Below the pieces are notes generated by a model. The model saw nothing but the letters and a program-made list of their open reading frames with translations. It searched no databases and was not told where the DNA came from. From an uncultured Phycisphaerales bacterium (GTDB taxonomy: Bacteria > Planctomycetota > Phycisphaerae > Sedimentisphaerales > Anaerobacaceae): a DNA stretch of 64,000 bases. The stretch is taken from NCBI GenBank assembly GCA_963718665.1, contig OY970359.1, positions 1,952,001-2,016,000 on the forward strand, written 5' to 3'. A program made the position numbers and the translations under genes. Below are positions 25,307 to 35,889 of the stretch, piece after piece (positions within the stretch are counted from its first letter, which is position 1; every line of letters begins with the position of its first letter).

Positions 25307-26390
25307 TTTTAGCGGTCGATTCCAGAACAGCGATAATTAACAGGACCAGAATGGTCTGGGCGAATATAAGTATAGCACCGGCTAAATTGACCTGGTAGAG
25401 AAAAGTTGCTCCGATGCCGGTGGTTAGGGTGGCAAGATAGAGGGTCAGGGCGGTCTGGGTGTCGGTGAGGCCGAGTTTTCGCAGGCGATGAGAGAAATGC
25501 TGAGTGTCGCCGACAAATGGTGATTTACCCTGGCTGAGGCGTAAGGCCGTAACTGTGATGAAGTCATAAAGCGGGACGGCCATTGAGATGAGAGGGATAA
25601 GGACGGGATACCAAGCGCCTGAGGCGGCCTGATGATAATAAGTTGTTCTAAGAGAGATAACGGCGAGGAGAAAACCGAGAGGCAGTGAGCCGGCGTCGCC
25701 CATAAAGATTTTGGCGGGCGGGAAATTAAAGACGAGAAAGCCAAGAAGTGTTCCAATGAAAAGCAGGGCAAGAGCGCCGATGAAGACCTGGCCGCTGATT
25801 GCGGCGGCCGTAAAAAGAATCGCGGCGACGATTGTCGCGATACCCGCTGATGCGCCATCCATATTATCGAGGAAATTGAATACGTTGATGATGAGAACTA
25901 TCCAGACGGTGGAGAGCATGGATGTGATGAGTTTGCTGTGGATAAAAAATTCGAGGCGGATATTGGCGGCAAAGGCGGCAACGAAGGCGATGGCGAACTG
26001 AACTATAAGCTTGAAGTATGGGCCGAAGCGTTTTTTGTCGTCCCATAGGCCGAGGGCAAACAGGGCTAAGATACAGAAAATGACGATGACGAGCTGGTTT
26101 GTTCTGCCGATAAAGCCGGGGGCGTGAATGGCGGCGGATTTGTCGAGTGCAAGTCGGCCCGGCTCGACTAAGAATCTTACGATTAAAATGCCCGCGACGA
26201 GGAATAGGAGAATTGTTGCTACGATTGATATGCCGCCTCCCAGTGCGATTGTTGAGCGGTGGTATCTGTCTTCGGTGGGGCGGGCGACAAAGCCGACGCG
26301 CGTGGCGAGATTTCTGACGAGCCGGGTAAGGCCGGCGGATATTATGAATGATGTGACGAGCAGGATTATTGCCAGATATACAAGTGTCAC
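25281..26390 (-). CDS. WecA/TagO-type undecaprenyl-phosphate sugar-1-phosphate transferase (MraY family)
   Basis: GLWDD, NFLDNMDG, NFPPAKIFMGDAGS, GDTQHFSHRL. Confidence 0.92.
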   Translation of the reverse strand: MTLVYLAIILLVTSFIISAGLTRLVRNLATRVGFVARPTEDRYHRSTIALGGGISIVATILLFLVAGILIVRFLVEPGRLALDKSAAIHAPGFIGRTNQLVIVIFCILALFALGLWDDKKRFGPYFKLIVQFAIAFVAAFAANIRLEFFIHSKLITSMLSTVWIVLIINVFNFLDNMDGASAGIATIVAAILFTAAAISGQVFIGALALLFIGTLLGFLVFNFPPAKIFMGDAGSLPLGFLLAVISLRTTYYHQAASGAWYPVLIPLISMAVPLYDFITVTALRLSQGKSPFVGDTQHFSHRLRKLGLTDTQTALTLYLATLTTGIGATFLYQVNLAGAILIFAQTILVLLIIAVLESTAKNDRYENKN

Positions 26391-26923
26391 GTTTTCAATT
26401 GCTCCATTAAACGGGTTCGGACTTTGGTGAAGAAATCCTGGTAATGTAGCTCTTTGTAGTCAGGGTAGGTGTAATCGAATTGTCGCCAGTTGCCTTTTTC
26501 ATAAATGAGCGTTACCTCGGCGAACATTTTATTGCCGATGTATATACGATGCGAGAAGTTTTTTGTTGTGGCGAGGATTAGTTTTGATGGTTCGATGACG
26601 CCGGGGTCGAGATTTACGGGGCGGGGAAGGGGCAGTTTCAGCGAACGTACGAGTTTTTGTTCGATTTTATTGGTTGTGTGCTTGATTTTGGCGAGTTTGC
26701 CGGGGTCGATGAGTTTTTCGAGCGAGACGAACTGGCGCAGGGCATTTGGACCGAGTTCGTCTTTGTAATAATCGGTCTGGGTGAAGGGCCAGATGTCGCT
26801 TGTGATATCAATTACGCCAAAGGATTTGCTTATGGCCTTTACCGCCGCGGCAAGGGAGGTTTCGTCCGCGGCTAAGATGCCGATTATCAATTTGACTGGT
26901 TTGGGTTGATACAAATCCCACAT
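26387..26923 (-). CDS. DUF4416 family protein
   Basis: FTQTDYY, RPVNLDPG, ATTKNFSHRIYIG, TYPDY. Confidence 0.8.
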   Translation of the reverse strand: MWDLYQPKPVKLIIGILAADETSLAAAVKAISKSFGVIDITSDIWPFTQTDYYKDELGPNALRQFVSLEKLIDPGKLAKIKHTTNKIEQKLVRSLKLPLPRPVNLDPGVIEPSKLILATTKNFSHRIYIGNKMFAEVTLIYEKGNWRQFDYTYPDYKELHYQDFFTKVRTRLMEQLKT

Positions 26924-26962
26924 TGTTTCGTCGTTCGTATTTCGTATCTCGTATTTCGAGCT

Positions 26963-28786
26963 TTATGCGTTGAGCCGTGATTTTAAGGTATCAACCATTT
27001 CGATGGTTTTGGCGACGGCGGTATCGACGGGGATGAGGGTTGGTTTCGGCTCGGTGCGGAGCTTGATTTCGACGTTGCCGGTTTGAAGCGCCTTTTTGCC
27101 GACGGTGATGCGGACAGGGATGCCAATCAGGTCTGCGTCTTTGAATTTCACGCCCGCGCGTTCGTCGCGGTCATCGAGTAAAACCTCAATACCCTTACTT
27201 TTCAGCTCGTTGTAAATCTTCTCGCCTGCCTGAACAACGTCGGTATCATCCTGATTGACCGAAACGATAATAACTTCGAATGGTGCGATACTAATAGGGA
27301 AGATGATGCCGTTTTCGTCGTTGGCGGCTTCGATTGCGGAAGCGACGATACGGTTGATGCCTATGCCGTAGCAGCCCATTAGGCAGGGGTTTCCTTTGCC
27401 TGAGTCGTCCAAAAAGTTGCAGCCGATTTTCGATGAGTATTTAGTGCCAAGTTTGAAGACCTGGCCGACTTCGATGCCGTGTTTGAAGAAGAGTTTTTTG
27501 CCGTTGTGGGTGTCGCCCTCGACGGCGATGTGAATATCGGCGACTACGACGTTATCTCCTGATAGCGGGAAGTCCCTGCCCGGGACGATATTTTTAACGT
27601 GGTAATCGGTTTTATTCGCGCCGGTAACGCCGATGGTCATAGCTGCGACGGCGTGGTCGATAATGAGTCTAATACCAATTTTGAGATCAACTGGCCCCGC
27701 GAAGCCGACTTTTGCGCCTGTCAGGCGCTCTACCATATCTGGCCGGTCACATAAGCCGACATGTTGACCACCCAATGCTTGGACCAACTTTTCCTGATTA
27801 ACTTCGTGATCGCCACGTACGAGTACCGCATAATATCCAACATATTTTGCCTTTCCAACTTTCTGCATTTGTCCAGAATGCTCGGCGGCGTATTCCCCTA
27901 CTTCCTTTTGGAGATCGTTAACGGTGAAAGTAGTATATATCAGCGTTTTAATCATATCCTGCGGTTTGGTTTTGAGGAATGCGCAGACGGCGTCGATAGA
28001 GCCGACGTTTGGCGTGTGGATTTCTTCCGGTTCGGGCGGGTTGGCGATGGGGTTTTGTTTGGGCAGCGGGTCAACTTCGGCTTTTTCGATATTCGCGGCG
28101 TAACTTCCGTCTTCGGTATATACGATTGTATCTTCGCCCGATGGGCAGGGGATGGTGAACTGGTGAGAGCCGGAACCGCCCATTTCGCCCGATTCGGCTT
28201 CGACGATGACGTAATCGAGGCCGCAGCGTTTGAAGATACGCTTATAGGTCTCGTACATATTCCAGTATTCTTTATCGAGGCATTCGGGGGTCGCGTGGAA
28301 GCTGTAGGCATCCTTCATAATAAATTCCCTGCTGCGCAGAACGCCGAACCGGGGGCGGAACTCGTCGCGGAATTTGAAGCTGATTTGGTACAGGTTAATC
28401 GGCAGCTGTTTATAGGATTTGATTTCGCCCGCGGCGACACTCGTAACGACCTCTTCGGCTGTCGGGGCAAGCACGTTCAAATGGTCGTGTCTGTCCTTGA
28501 ATACTGCCATAGTTTTGCCGTAATCGACATCCCGGCCCGTCTGCTGCCAAAGCTCAATCGGCTGCACCGAGGGCATAAGGATTTCCTGTGCGCCTGCCCG
28601 GTTCATTTCGTCGCGGACGATGCCGATTACCTTGAGCAGGCATCGCCAGCCGAGGGGCAGGTAAGTATATGTGCCGCTGGAGAGCTTACGCATAAGCCCG
28701 GCACGGAGCATAAGTTTATGGCTCGGAATCTCCGCGTCGGCGGGGGCTTCCTTGACCGTTGGTATTAACATTTTGCTGTATCGCAT
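26963..28786 (-). CDS. proS: Proline--tRNA ligase
   Basis: LAPTAEE, FRDEFRPRFG, GIEVGQVFKLG, MGCYGIG. Confidence 0.97.
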   Translation of the reverse strand: MRYSKMLIPTVKEAPADAEIPSHKLMLRAGLMRKLSSGTYTYLPLGWRCLLKVIGIVRDEMNRAGAQEILMPSVQPIELWQQTGRDVDYGKTMAVFKDRHDHLNVLAPTAEEVVTSVAAGEIKSYKQLPINLYQISFKFRDEFRPRFGVLRSREFIMKDAYSFHATPECLDKEYWNMYETYKRIFKRCGLDYVIVEAESGEMGGSGSHQFTIPCPSGEDTIVYTEDGSYAANIEKAEVDPLPKQNPIANPPEPEEIHTPNVGSIDAVCAFLKTKPQDMIKTLIYTTFTVNDLQKEVGEYAAEHSGQMQKVGKAKYVGYYAVLVRGDHEVNQEKLVQALGGQHVGLCDRPDMVERLTGAKVGFAGPVDLKIGIRLIIDHAVAAMTIGVTGANKTDYHVKNIVPGRDFPLSGDNVVVADIHIAVEGDTHNGKKLFFKHGIEVGQVFKLGTKYSSKIGCNFLDDSGKGNPCLMGCYGIGINRIVASAIEAANDENGIIFPISIAPFEVIIVSVNQDDTDVVQAGEKIYNELKSKGIEVLLDDRDERAGVKFKDADLIGIPVRITVGKKALQTGNVEIKLRTEPKPTLIPVDTAVAKTIEMVDTLKSRLNA

Positions 28787-29155
28787 AATTTTTAGACCTA
28801 AGACAAAAGACCAAAGACATAAGACCTAATCCACCCGCGGCGGACAGATATCAAACAATCGATTGCGGTTTATAATGCAAAAAACTCATTATTGCAAGGG
28901 TAAAACGCATTGGGCTTGTGGCGGGCCCGCCCTTGGCGGGGAGGGTTCGATTTCGTCCGGTAAATATCGGGGCGGGGAGTAAATTTTCAGTATCAATACT
29001 GGAATTTACTGTTGTTTTTGGGCCGGGGATGTGGTATATATTAGGAAAGATATAAGGTTATCGTGCCGCCGAGGAGCCGGTGTAAACGGGCGGCCAAAAT
29101 GCTCGAAGGGGTGAGCCCTTCGATAAACAGGGCAATATAGGAGAATGGCATTATT

Positions 29156-30091
29156 ATGAGGAATCGCACTAATTCCAGGAAGAATTTCAAGGGTTTCACA
29201 TTGGTCGAGCTGTTGGTGGTTATCGCGATTATCGCGTTATTGATGGCTATTTTGCTGCCGGCCCTGGCCAAGGCGAGAACGCAGGCAAAGCGTATCGTAT
29301 GCTTGGGCAACCTGAGGCAGCTTGTTACGGCGTGGATGGCATACGCGGAAAACAGCGACGGCAAAATCATTAACGGCGGACAGGCAGATGGCGGTGGTGC
29401 CTATAATTCGGTGACAGATCCATTCTGGTGCACGCCTTTGTGTAATACCGCACATCCTCTGCCCACAACCGACGAGGTTGGCTCAGGTTGGCCCCCAATA
29501 AGATATGACTGGGACACTACGACAACACGTGCCTTTGCTTACCCTTACGAAGAGAGGTTAAGTTTGCTGATGAAGGGTGCGCTTTATAGATATTGTTCGA
29601 ACGTGAAAAGTTACCGCTGCGCGGAGGCGGATAAAGATGCGCACAGGACATACGTTATGCCCGTATCTATGAATGCGATGTGTATCAGTTGCTACACTAA
29701 CAACCCTCCTGTAATAAAGAGGATAGGGGAGATTACAAAATCAAAAGAAAGGATTGTATTTCAAGAAGAGAAGAGAATAAGTCCCGATGCTTTCCAATTT
29801 TCGTATAGTACTAGTGCTGACCCGTATTGGACGAGTGATGTACCCAACATTATGCATGGCAACGGGGCTAATTTCGGGTTTGCCGACGGCCACGCCGATT
29901 ATTTTCAATGGAAATGTCCATCGACATTGACAATATGCCAAATTGTTGCTAATGGCGGTACTGTGACGGGTAATGATTTAACAAACACATACAAGCCTCA
30001 GGCTGACACTGAAAAGTGCGGCGGAGGAAATACTTATAATGGTGATGCTAAGTGGGTAGAAAACGCGGTGTGGGGTGTGACGATACCGTAA
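29156..30091 (+). CDS. Prepilin-type protein with H-X9-DG motif
   Basis: [29 protein letters not shown]. Confidence 0.9.
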   Translation: MRNRTNSRKNFKGFTLVELLVVIAIIALLMAILLPALAKARTQAKRIVCLGNLRQLVTAWMAYAENSDGKIINGGQADGGGAYNSVTDPFWCTPLCNTAHPLPTTDEVGSGWPPIRYDWDTTTTRAFAYPYEERLSLLMKGALYRYCSNVKSYRCAEADKDAHRTYVMPVSMNAMCISCYTNNPPVIKRIGEITKSKERIVFQEEKRISPDAFQFSYSTSADPYWTSDVPNIMHGNGANFGFADGHADYFQWKCPSTLTICQIVANGGTVTGNDLTNTYKPQADTEKCGGGNTYNGDAKWVENAVWGVTIP

Positions 30092-30277
30092 TATAATCGG
30101 CAGGAAAGTCGGCTTTTGAATCATAAGTTAAAGGGCATGTATCGTGAAGATATATGCCCTGTTTTTTTGGTTGATTATCAAGGGCGGAGGATTGATAATC
30201 TAAATCAGCGTTCAGCGTACAGCGTACAGGAAGACAGCAAAATCGAAAGGAGCATCCGCAAAAGGCGGATAAGAGAG

Positions 30278-31240
30278 ATGGCACACAGATATATCAGCGA
30301 AATAGCGCCGGGCGAGGTGATTGACGATATCTACCTTGTAAAAGAGCCGATTCTGCGCAGCACGTCGCGTGGCGATTTGTATATAGCGATGTTCCTTTGC
30401 GATAAGACGGGGCAATTGAACGGCCGAATCTGGCAGGCAAGTGAGGCGATGTATGGGGAACTGCCCAAGCCGGGGTTCGTGCGGATAAAGGGAAGAAGCG
30501 AAGTATATCAGAACAGCTTGCAGATTGTGGTGAATAATATCAGCGTCGTCGATTCGAGCAAGGTCAATATCGAGGAGTTTCTGGCCCGCACGGATAAAGA
30601 CGTTGACGAGATGTGGGCGGACGTAAAGCGGATTGCAGGCGGGGTGAAAAATAAGCAGTTGAAGACGATTGTGGATGAATTCATAGCGGATGAGAAGCTG
30701 ATGAAGCGTTTTTGCAGTTGTCCGGGCGGGATGTCGATGCATCACGATTGTATCGGCGGGTTGCTTGAGCATACGTGGAACATGCTGCGGGTTGCTTTGG
30801 CGATACTGCCTTTGTACCCTCAGGTGCAGGCGGATTTGGTGCTGGCGGGGATTTTTATCCACGATATGGGCAAGACCGAAGAGCTAACATACGATACGGC
30901 GTTTTCATATACGGATTCGGGTCAGCTCATCGGGCACATAACTAAAACAATTATTATGCTGCACAAAAAGGTGGACATATTGGCTGCCAAAGGTGTGCCG
31001 ATAGACGGGGCGGTATTGGATATGCTGGGGCACATCGTTTTGTCGCATCACGGGGAATATGAATTCGGCTCGCCCAAGCTGCCTGCGACGGCGGAGGCGT
31101 TTATGGTTTGTTATATCGATGACCTCGACGCCAAAATGAACCAGGTTACGCGATTGATTGAGGATGAGCCGGGCGATTCCAACTGGACGGGTTGGCAAAA
31201 GCCGTTGGAAACAAAGCTTTATCGCAAGAGGATAGAGTAG
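30278..31240 (+). CDS. yhaM: OB-fold HD-domain 3'-5' exoribonuclease, YhaM family
   Basis: OB fold; HH...GGLLEH, IHDMGK, SHHG, DDLDAK. Confidence 0.85.
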   Translation: MAHRYISEIAPGEVIDDIYLVKEPILRSTSRGDLYIAMFLCDKTGQLNGRIWQASEAMYGELPKPGFVRIKGRSEVYQNSLQIVVNNISVVDSSKVNIEEFLARTDKDVDEMWADVKRIAGGVKNKQLKTIVDEFIADEKLMKRFCSCPGGMSMHHDCIGGLLEHTWNMLRVALAILPLYPQVQADLVLAGIFIHDMGKTEELTYDTAFSYTDSGQLIGHITKTIIMLHKKVDILAAKGVPIDGAVLDMLGHIVLSHHGEYEFGSPKLPATAEAFMVCYIDDLDAKMNQVTRLIEDEPGDSNWTGWQKPLETKLYRKRIE

Positions 31241-31275
31241 CACTATCTGGTCGCAGGGGGGTATAATCGGCGGAT

Positions 31276-32622
31276 ATGGCAAATCAGCAGGTACAAATCT
31301 ATACCGTCAGCCAGTTGACGGCGCTGATAAAGACGACGCTGGAAAATAATCTCCCCGGGCGATTGACGGTGAGGGGCGAGATTAGCGACTGGAAGCTGCA
31401 TTCGAGCGGGCACTGTTATTTTTCGCTCAAGGATGAGGGGTCGGTATTGCCTTGCGTGATGTGGGGGAGCAATTTCAAGAAGGTTAAGTTTAAGCCGGAG
31501 AGCGGTCTTGCGGTTTTCGCGACGGGTAACGTCGATGTTTATGAGCCGCAGGGGAAATACCAGTTTTACGTCGAGAGGATGGAACCGGCGGGGGTAGGTG
31601 CACTGCAACTGGCATTTGAGCAATTGGTCAAGCGGTTATCGGCGCAGGGATTGTTCGATGAGGCGCATAAAAAGCCGCTGCCGAAGTATCCAAGGCGGAT
31701 AGGGGTATTAACGAGCGAATCGGGGGCGGCGTTTGATGATATCAGGAAAAGCATTTTTGACCGCTGGCCCTGCGTGTTGTGTTTTTACCCGGTGCCTGTG
31801 CAGGGAGAAGGCGCTGCTGAGAAAATCGCCTTGGGCGTTAAGGACGTCAATCGCAGAAACGACAAATTGAAGCTCGATATTTTGATTGTGGGCAGGGGCG
31901 GCGGGTCGCTTGAGGATTTGTGGGCGTTTAATGAGGAGGTTTTGGCGCGTGCGATTTACGATTCGAAGATACCTATAATCAGCGCGGTGGGCCACGAGAT
32001 TGATACGACGATTGCGGATTTGGCGGCGGATGCGCGGGCATCGACGCCTACGAAGGCGGGGGTGGTCGCGGTGCCGGATGCGAAAGAGGTGCTGGAAAAA
32101 TTGTCGGTTGTAGAGAAACGATTGGCGGACGATATCGGCTCAAGATTGGAGCTTGCGGAACTAAGGTTGCAGACGATATGCGCAAGCGCAGCGTTTAGGA
32201 ACCCGATTTTGCAGGTGCGGAATCGTCAGCAGCAACTGGATGAAATTGGCGGCAACCTTGAGGGGTTGATGGGGGATATGATAACGGAGGCGAGAGAGCG
32301 GCTGAATGGCTATTATGAGCAGGTAGTCCGGCTTGAGCCGAGACGATTATTGGGCAGGAAAACGGTCGAAGTTAATGAACTGCGAAGCAGGGCAAACGCG
32401 GCCGTATCAGCATTATTGGGCAGGGCATGGATGCAGCTTACGGCACACGAAAATCGGCTTGAGGGCCTGAACCCGAGAGCAGTATTGAAACGCGGATACT
32501 CGATAACGATGCTCAAACAGACGCGTGCAGTATTGAAGAATGCCGCACAAGTACAGATTGGGGATACGCTGGTAACGGAACTGGCGGAAAATTTGATTGA
32601 AAGCAAGGTTACAAAAAAGTAA
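31276..32622 (+). CDS. xseA: Exodeoxyribonuclease VII large subunit
   Basis: SGHCYFSLKD, GRGGGSLEDLWAFNEE, SAVGHEID. Confidence 0.96.
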   Translation: MANQQVQIYTVSQLTALIKTTLENNLPGRLTVRGEISDWKLHSSGHCYFSLKDEGSVLPCVMWGSNFKKVKFKPESGLAVFATGNVDVYEPQGKYQFYVERMEPAGVGALQLAFEQLVKRLSAQGLFDEAHKKPLPKYPRRIGVLTSESGAAFDDIRKSIFDRWPCVLCFYPVPVQGEGAAEKIALGVKDVNRRNDKLKLDILIVGRGGGSLEDLWAFNEEVLARAIYDSKIPIISAVGHEIDTTIADLAADARASTPTKAGVVAVPDAKEVLEKLSVVEKRLADDIGSRLELAELRLQTICASAAFRNPILQVRNRQQQLDEIGGNLEGLMGDMITEARERLNGYYEQVVRLEPRRLLGRKTVEVNELRSRANAAVSALLGRAWMQLTAHENRLEGLNPRAVLKRGYSITMLKQTRAVLKNAAQVQIGDTLVTELAENLIESKVTKK

Positions 32623-32661
32623 AAAGAAACCACAGATTAACACAGATTGTTGGGTAGAATA

Positions 32662-32895
32662 ATGGCGAAAGAAGAAGTAAAAAATGACGTTAGCAAGCTG
32701 ACGTTCGAGCAGGCGGTAAAGGAGCTGACGGGGATAGTCGGCAAAATTGAGCAGGGAGATATTACGCTTGGCGACAGTTTGCAGCAGTATGAAAAGGGAA
32801 TGGCCCTGATTAAGCAATGCAGGAAGATTCTGCAGGACGCGGAAAAACGCATCGAGAAGATTGCATCAGAACAGGATGGCGGTAAACAGCAATGA
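32662..32895 (+). CDS. xseB: Exodeoxyribonuclease VII small subunit
   Basis: LTFEQAVKEL...YEKGMAL; follows xseA. Confidence 0.93.
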   Translation: MAKEEVKNDVSKLTFEQAVKELTGIVGKIEQGDITLGDSLQQYEKGMALIKQCRKILQDAEKRIEKIASEQDGGKQQ

Positions 32896-32899
32896 TTTC

Positions 32900-32983
32900 G
32901 CGAGCGTGGCGGAACTGGCATACGCGCAAGGCTTAGGACCTTGTGGGTGAAAGCCCGTGGAGGTTCGACTCCTCTCGCTCGCA
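32900..32983 (+). tRNA. tRNA-Leu(TAG)
   Basis: GCGAGCG/CGCTCGC acceptor stem, CAAGG-CTTAGGA-CCTTG anticodon arm, long variable arm, GGTTCGACTCC; CCA not encoded. Confidence 0.95.
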
Positions 32984-32996
32984 TTTAATTTAGTTA

Positions 32997-33063
32997 ACCG
33001 CAGAGACCGCAAAGGTCGCAGAGAAAAAAATAAAAACTCTGCGGTTTCAGCGTGCTCAGCGGT
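32997..33063. repeat. Nonamer-based imperfect palindrome (CGCAGAG x3 plus inverse)
   Basis: Similar element at 38996-39065. Confidence 0.6.
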
Positions 33064-33104
33064 AGAACAATAAATGATGGCGCTATTGAGACGGGAGGTC
33101 AAAT

Positions 33105-34424
33105 ATGGCGGGCGATTATTTTGAACTCAAGGCGAGGGGGACAAACGTCAGGACGGAGACAATAGCAGGCGTTACGACGTTTCTGACGATGGCCTACATA
33201 ATCTTTGTGAACCCCACGATGTTGAGCAAAACGGGGATGGATAAAGGCGCGCTGGTGGCGGTAACCTGTATCGTTACGGCCATTTCGACGATTATCGCGG
33301 GGGTTTTCGGCAAGGCGCCGATTGCGATGGCGCCGGGGATGGGGCTAAACGCATTTTTCACATATACGCTTGTGCTCGGCAAAGGGATAAGCTGGGAGAC
33401 GGCGCTGGGTGCGGTGTTTGTTTCGGGTGCATTGTTTTTGCTGCTGACATTGATTGGGCTTCGCAAAAAGCTCGTTGAGGCGATACCGCCGGGGATAATC
33501 TCGGCGATATCCGTCGGCATCGGGCTTTTCATTACGTTCATCGGGTTGGTTAATCTTCACGTAATAGTTAAAAACGATTCGACGCTTGTCTCAGCGGGGC
33601 CTCTGGGAGCGACGACACTGATAGGATTGGCGGGATTGTTATTTATGCTGTTTTTTGAAATGAGAGGAATAAAGGGTTCGCTGCTTATCGGCATTGCGTT
33701 TTCGACGCTGCTGGCGATTGCGTTCGGATACGTTGACAGGCCAATGCGATGGGTGTCTTTTGACGTGGATATAAGGCCGATTGCTCTTCATCTGGATATT
33801 TTTGGCGCTTTGAAATGGGGCATTTTAGGCAGCGTGTTCAGCTTAATGTTTATGAGTATGTTCGACGGCATAGGGACATTGGTTGCGTGCTGTCATCACG
33901 CGAAAATGGTCGATAGTCACGGCAAAATAAAAGGCCTGGACCGCTTACTGGCGATTGACGCCCTTGCTGGTATGACCGGGGCGATATTCGGAACATCGAC
34001 GACAACTGCGTATGTCGAATCGGCTGCGGGTATCGAGCAGGGCGGCCGCACAGGGTTGACCTCGGTAGTTACAGGGGTGTTATTTTTGTTGGCGATATTA
34101 TTTGCGCCATTGGTGGGCGTGGTGCCTGAATACGCGACGGCCCCGGCTTTGATTATGGTGGGCCTGTTTATGATGAAGGAAGTTCGGGCGATAAACTTCG
34201 CGGATGTCGAGGAGGCGTTTCCGGCTTTCATTATTATCGTGATGATTGCGCTTAGTTACAGTATCAGCACGGGGCTCGCTTTCGGCTTCATTTCCTTTGT
34301 GCTTATCAAGTCCGCCGCAGGAAAGGCCAGAGAAGTCAAGCCGACGATGTGGATTATCGCTATTTTGTCGCTTGCGTTTTTAGCAGGCGACAAATTAGGC
34401 GACTTGCTGAAATGTATTAAATGA
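33105..34424 (+). CDS. NCS2/AzgA-family purine permease
   Basis: GVTTFLTMAYI, APGMGLNAFF, YVESAAGIEQGGRTGLT. Confidence 0.93.
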   Translation: MAGDYFELKARGTNVRTETIAGVTTFLTMAYIIFVNPTMLSKTGMDKGALVAVTCIVTAISTIIAGVFGKAPIAMAPGMGLNAFFTYTLVLGKGISWETALGAVFVSGALFLLLTLIGLRKKLVEAIPPGIISAISVGIGLFITFIGLVNLHVIVKNDSTLVSAGPLGATTLIGLAGLLFMLFFEMRGIKGSLLIGIAFSTLLAIAFGYVDRPMRWVSFDVDIRPIALHLDIFGALKWGILGSVFSLMFMSMFDGIGTLVACCHHAKMVDSHGKIKGLDRLLAIDALAGMTGAIFGTSTTTAYVESAAGIEQGGRTGLTSVVTGVLFLLAILFAPLVGVVPEYATAPALIMVGLFMMKEVRAINFADVEEAFPAFIIIVMIALSYSISTGLAFGFISFVLIKSAAGKAREVKPTMWIIAILSLAFLAGDKLGDLLKCIK

Positions 34425-34518
34425 GAAAAGGACTCCTGACCACTTTTTTCTACAAAATAAATTTAACATAGAACATCGAACTTTGAACATCCAACATTGA
34501 ACGGAGTGTTTTTTTTCG

Positions 34519-35400
34519 TTATGCCGGGAATTTAGCGAGGACGGAGGCGGAGTGTAGGCCTAAGAGCATCAGGTAGTCGAGGTCGCCGAGGTTGTAATGG
34601 TCGTCGCGGAAGGTGTTGTTGGCGTAAATGACGCCGAAGCAGCCTGCGGTGGAGAGGAGGGGGACGATGAGGACTGAGCGAATCTGGATTTCCTTCTGGA
34701 TGTTTAGGTCACGAGTGAAGATAAAGAGCATACACTGTTTTTTGTTGAGGGCCTCGGCGATTTTGTCACCGTATTCGAGGTCTGCCTGCTCGACGGCCAT
34801 ACCGCTTCTGTTTCTGCCCGCGTGGGCAATCATCGGGCCGTCGGCTTTGGAACGCATAGCGCCCCAGACGTGATAGGTTTTGAACTGTTTTGATACCGTT
34901 TCAAGCATGACCAGCAGCGCCTTATCTATGTTGTCTGTCTTTTTCAATTCCTCGATTGCCTGCAGAAAATCAGTAGCGCGTTCGGCCTGGAACCTTACGG
35001 CCGGGGCTTTTTCGGCGCCGAGTTTTCGGATAATTATTTGTGGGCCGGAAGACAAGCTGACAGGCGGCTCTTCAAGCTCGACTGTTTCGCCGGGGTCGGC
35101 GGAAACGGAGGCCGTTTCAAAATTGACCTCGATACTGAAATCGGATATGCGGATGACGTCGCCCGCCTTGATGTCAGATTTGCGAATTTCAGCGTTATTT
35201 AAGTAGGTCTTATTTGCGCTGTCGAGGTCTTCGACGACCCATTGGCCGTCCTTGGTGTTGTAAATTACGGCGTGCTGACGTGAGACGACCTTGTCGGGCA
35301 GGAGTATCTGGCTGTTGGTGTGTCTGCCGATGTAGATAGGCCCCTTGTCGAAATGGAATTCGTTAATGGTGCGCTCACCTTGTTTTACTACGAGGCGCAT
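34519..35400 (-). CDS. FHA-domain protein with GAF-like C-terminus
   Basis: IGR...VSRQHA...DLDSANKTYLN. Confidence 0.85.
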   Translation of the reverse strand: MRLVVKQGERTINEFHFDKGPIYIGRHTNSQILLPDKVVSRQHAVIYNTKDGQWVVEDLDSANKTYLNNAEIRKSDIKAGDVIRISDFSIEVNFETASVSADPGETVELEEPPVSLSSGPQIIIRKLGAEKAPAVRFQAERATDFLQAIEELKKTDNIDKALLVMLETVSKQFKTYHVWGAMRSKADGPMIAHAGRNRSGMAVEQADLEYGDKIAEALNKKQCMLFIFTRDLNIQKEIQIRSVLIVPLLSTAGCFGVIYANNTFRDDHYNLGDLDYLMLLGLHSASVLAKFPA

Positions 35401-35443
35401 TAAATGTCCTCTCCAAAATGGCCGTTCATATTAGTATCCTTAT

Positions 35444-35472
35444 ATATTAGAGTACTTGCCTGGATTTGTCAA
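35444..35472 (-). promoter_or_regulatory. sigma70-type promoter of the FHA gene
   Basis: TTGACA-N17-TAATAT. Confidence 0.6.
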
Positions 35473-35520
35473 GCAAAAGGGAGCGGCAATTTGGGTAATT
35501 TACGCCTGAAGGGTGTTTTT

Positions 35521-35883
35521 TTAGAACTTGAAGCCGTCTTTGAGGGCGGTTTTAAGTTCGAAAACGTTGTTGAAGTCATCGATTGTGTCGGTTGGCTGTG
35601 CTTTCATCCAGTTGTGCCTGATGAGCAGATAGACGATTTCGCCGAGGTCGCGGGTGGTTTTGACCCGCCAGGAATCGAGGACGAGCGGGGCGAGCATACC
35701 CCATTTTTCGAGCGCGAGCTGGCGGAGGCCTTCGCAGAGGGTTTGGCCCGTGATATGTCCGGGCTGACCTGCGGCGAGTTTTCGGATGGTGTAACCGAGG
35801 CCCTCGTAAACGAAACGCACGGCCTTTGGGTCGTATCGGCTGTCTGACTCCGAGATTTCCTCAAGCGATTTTTTTTCGGTCAT
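35521..35883 (-). CDS. Minf_1886-like conserved PVC protein
   Basis: DSRY...AVRFVYEGL...HITGQTLCEG...W...TTRDLGEIVYLL. Confidence 0.75.
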   Translation of the reverse strand: MTEKKSLEEISESDSRYDPKAVRFVYEGLGYTIRKLAAGQPGHITGQTLCEGLRQLALEKWGMLAPLVLDSWRVKTTRDLGEIVYLLIRHNWMKAQPTDTIDDFNNVFELKTALKDGFKF

Positions 35884-35889
35884 AACTTG

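Noticed and set aside
27761..28768. 335-aa ORF antisense to proS (also 43415-44341 opposite dnaE, 16450-17193 and 38325-38966)
   Set aside because: Shadow ORFs from codon bias opposite well-conserved genes; no recognisable motifs.
32984..33104. Purine riboswitch before the NCS2 permease
   Set aside because: The region is occupied by a repeat palindrome; no purine aptamer core.
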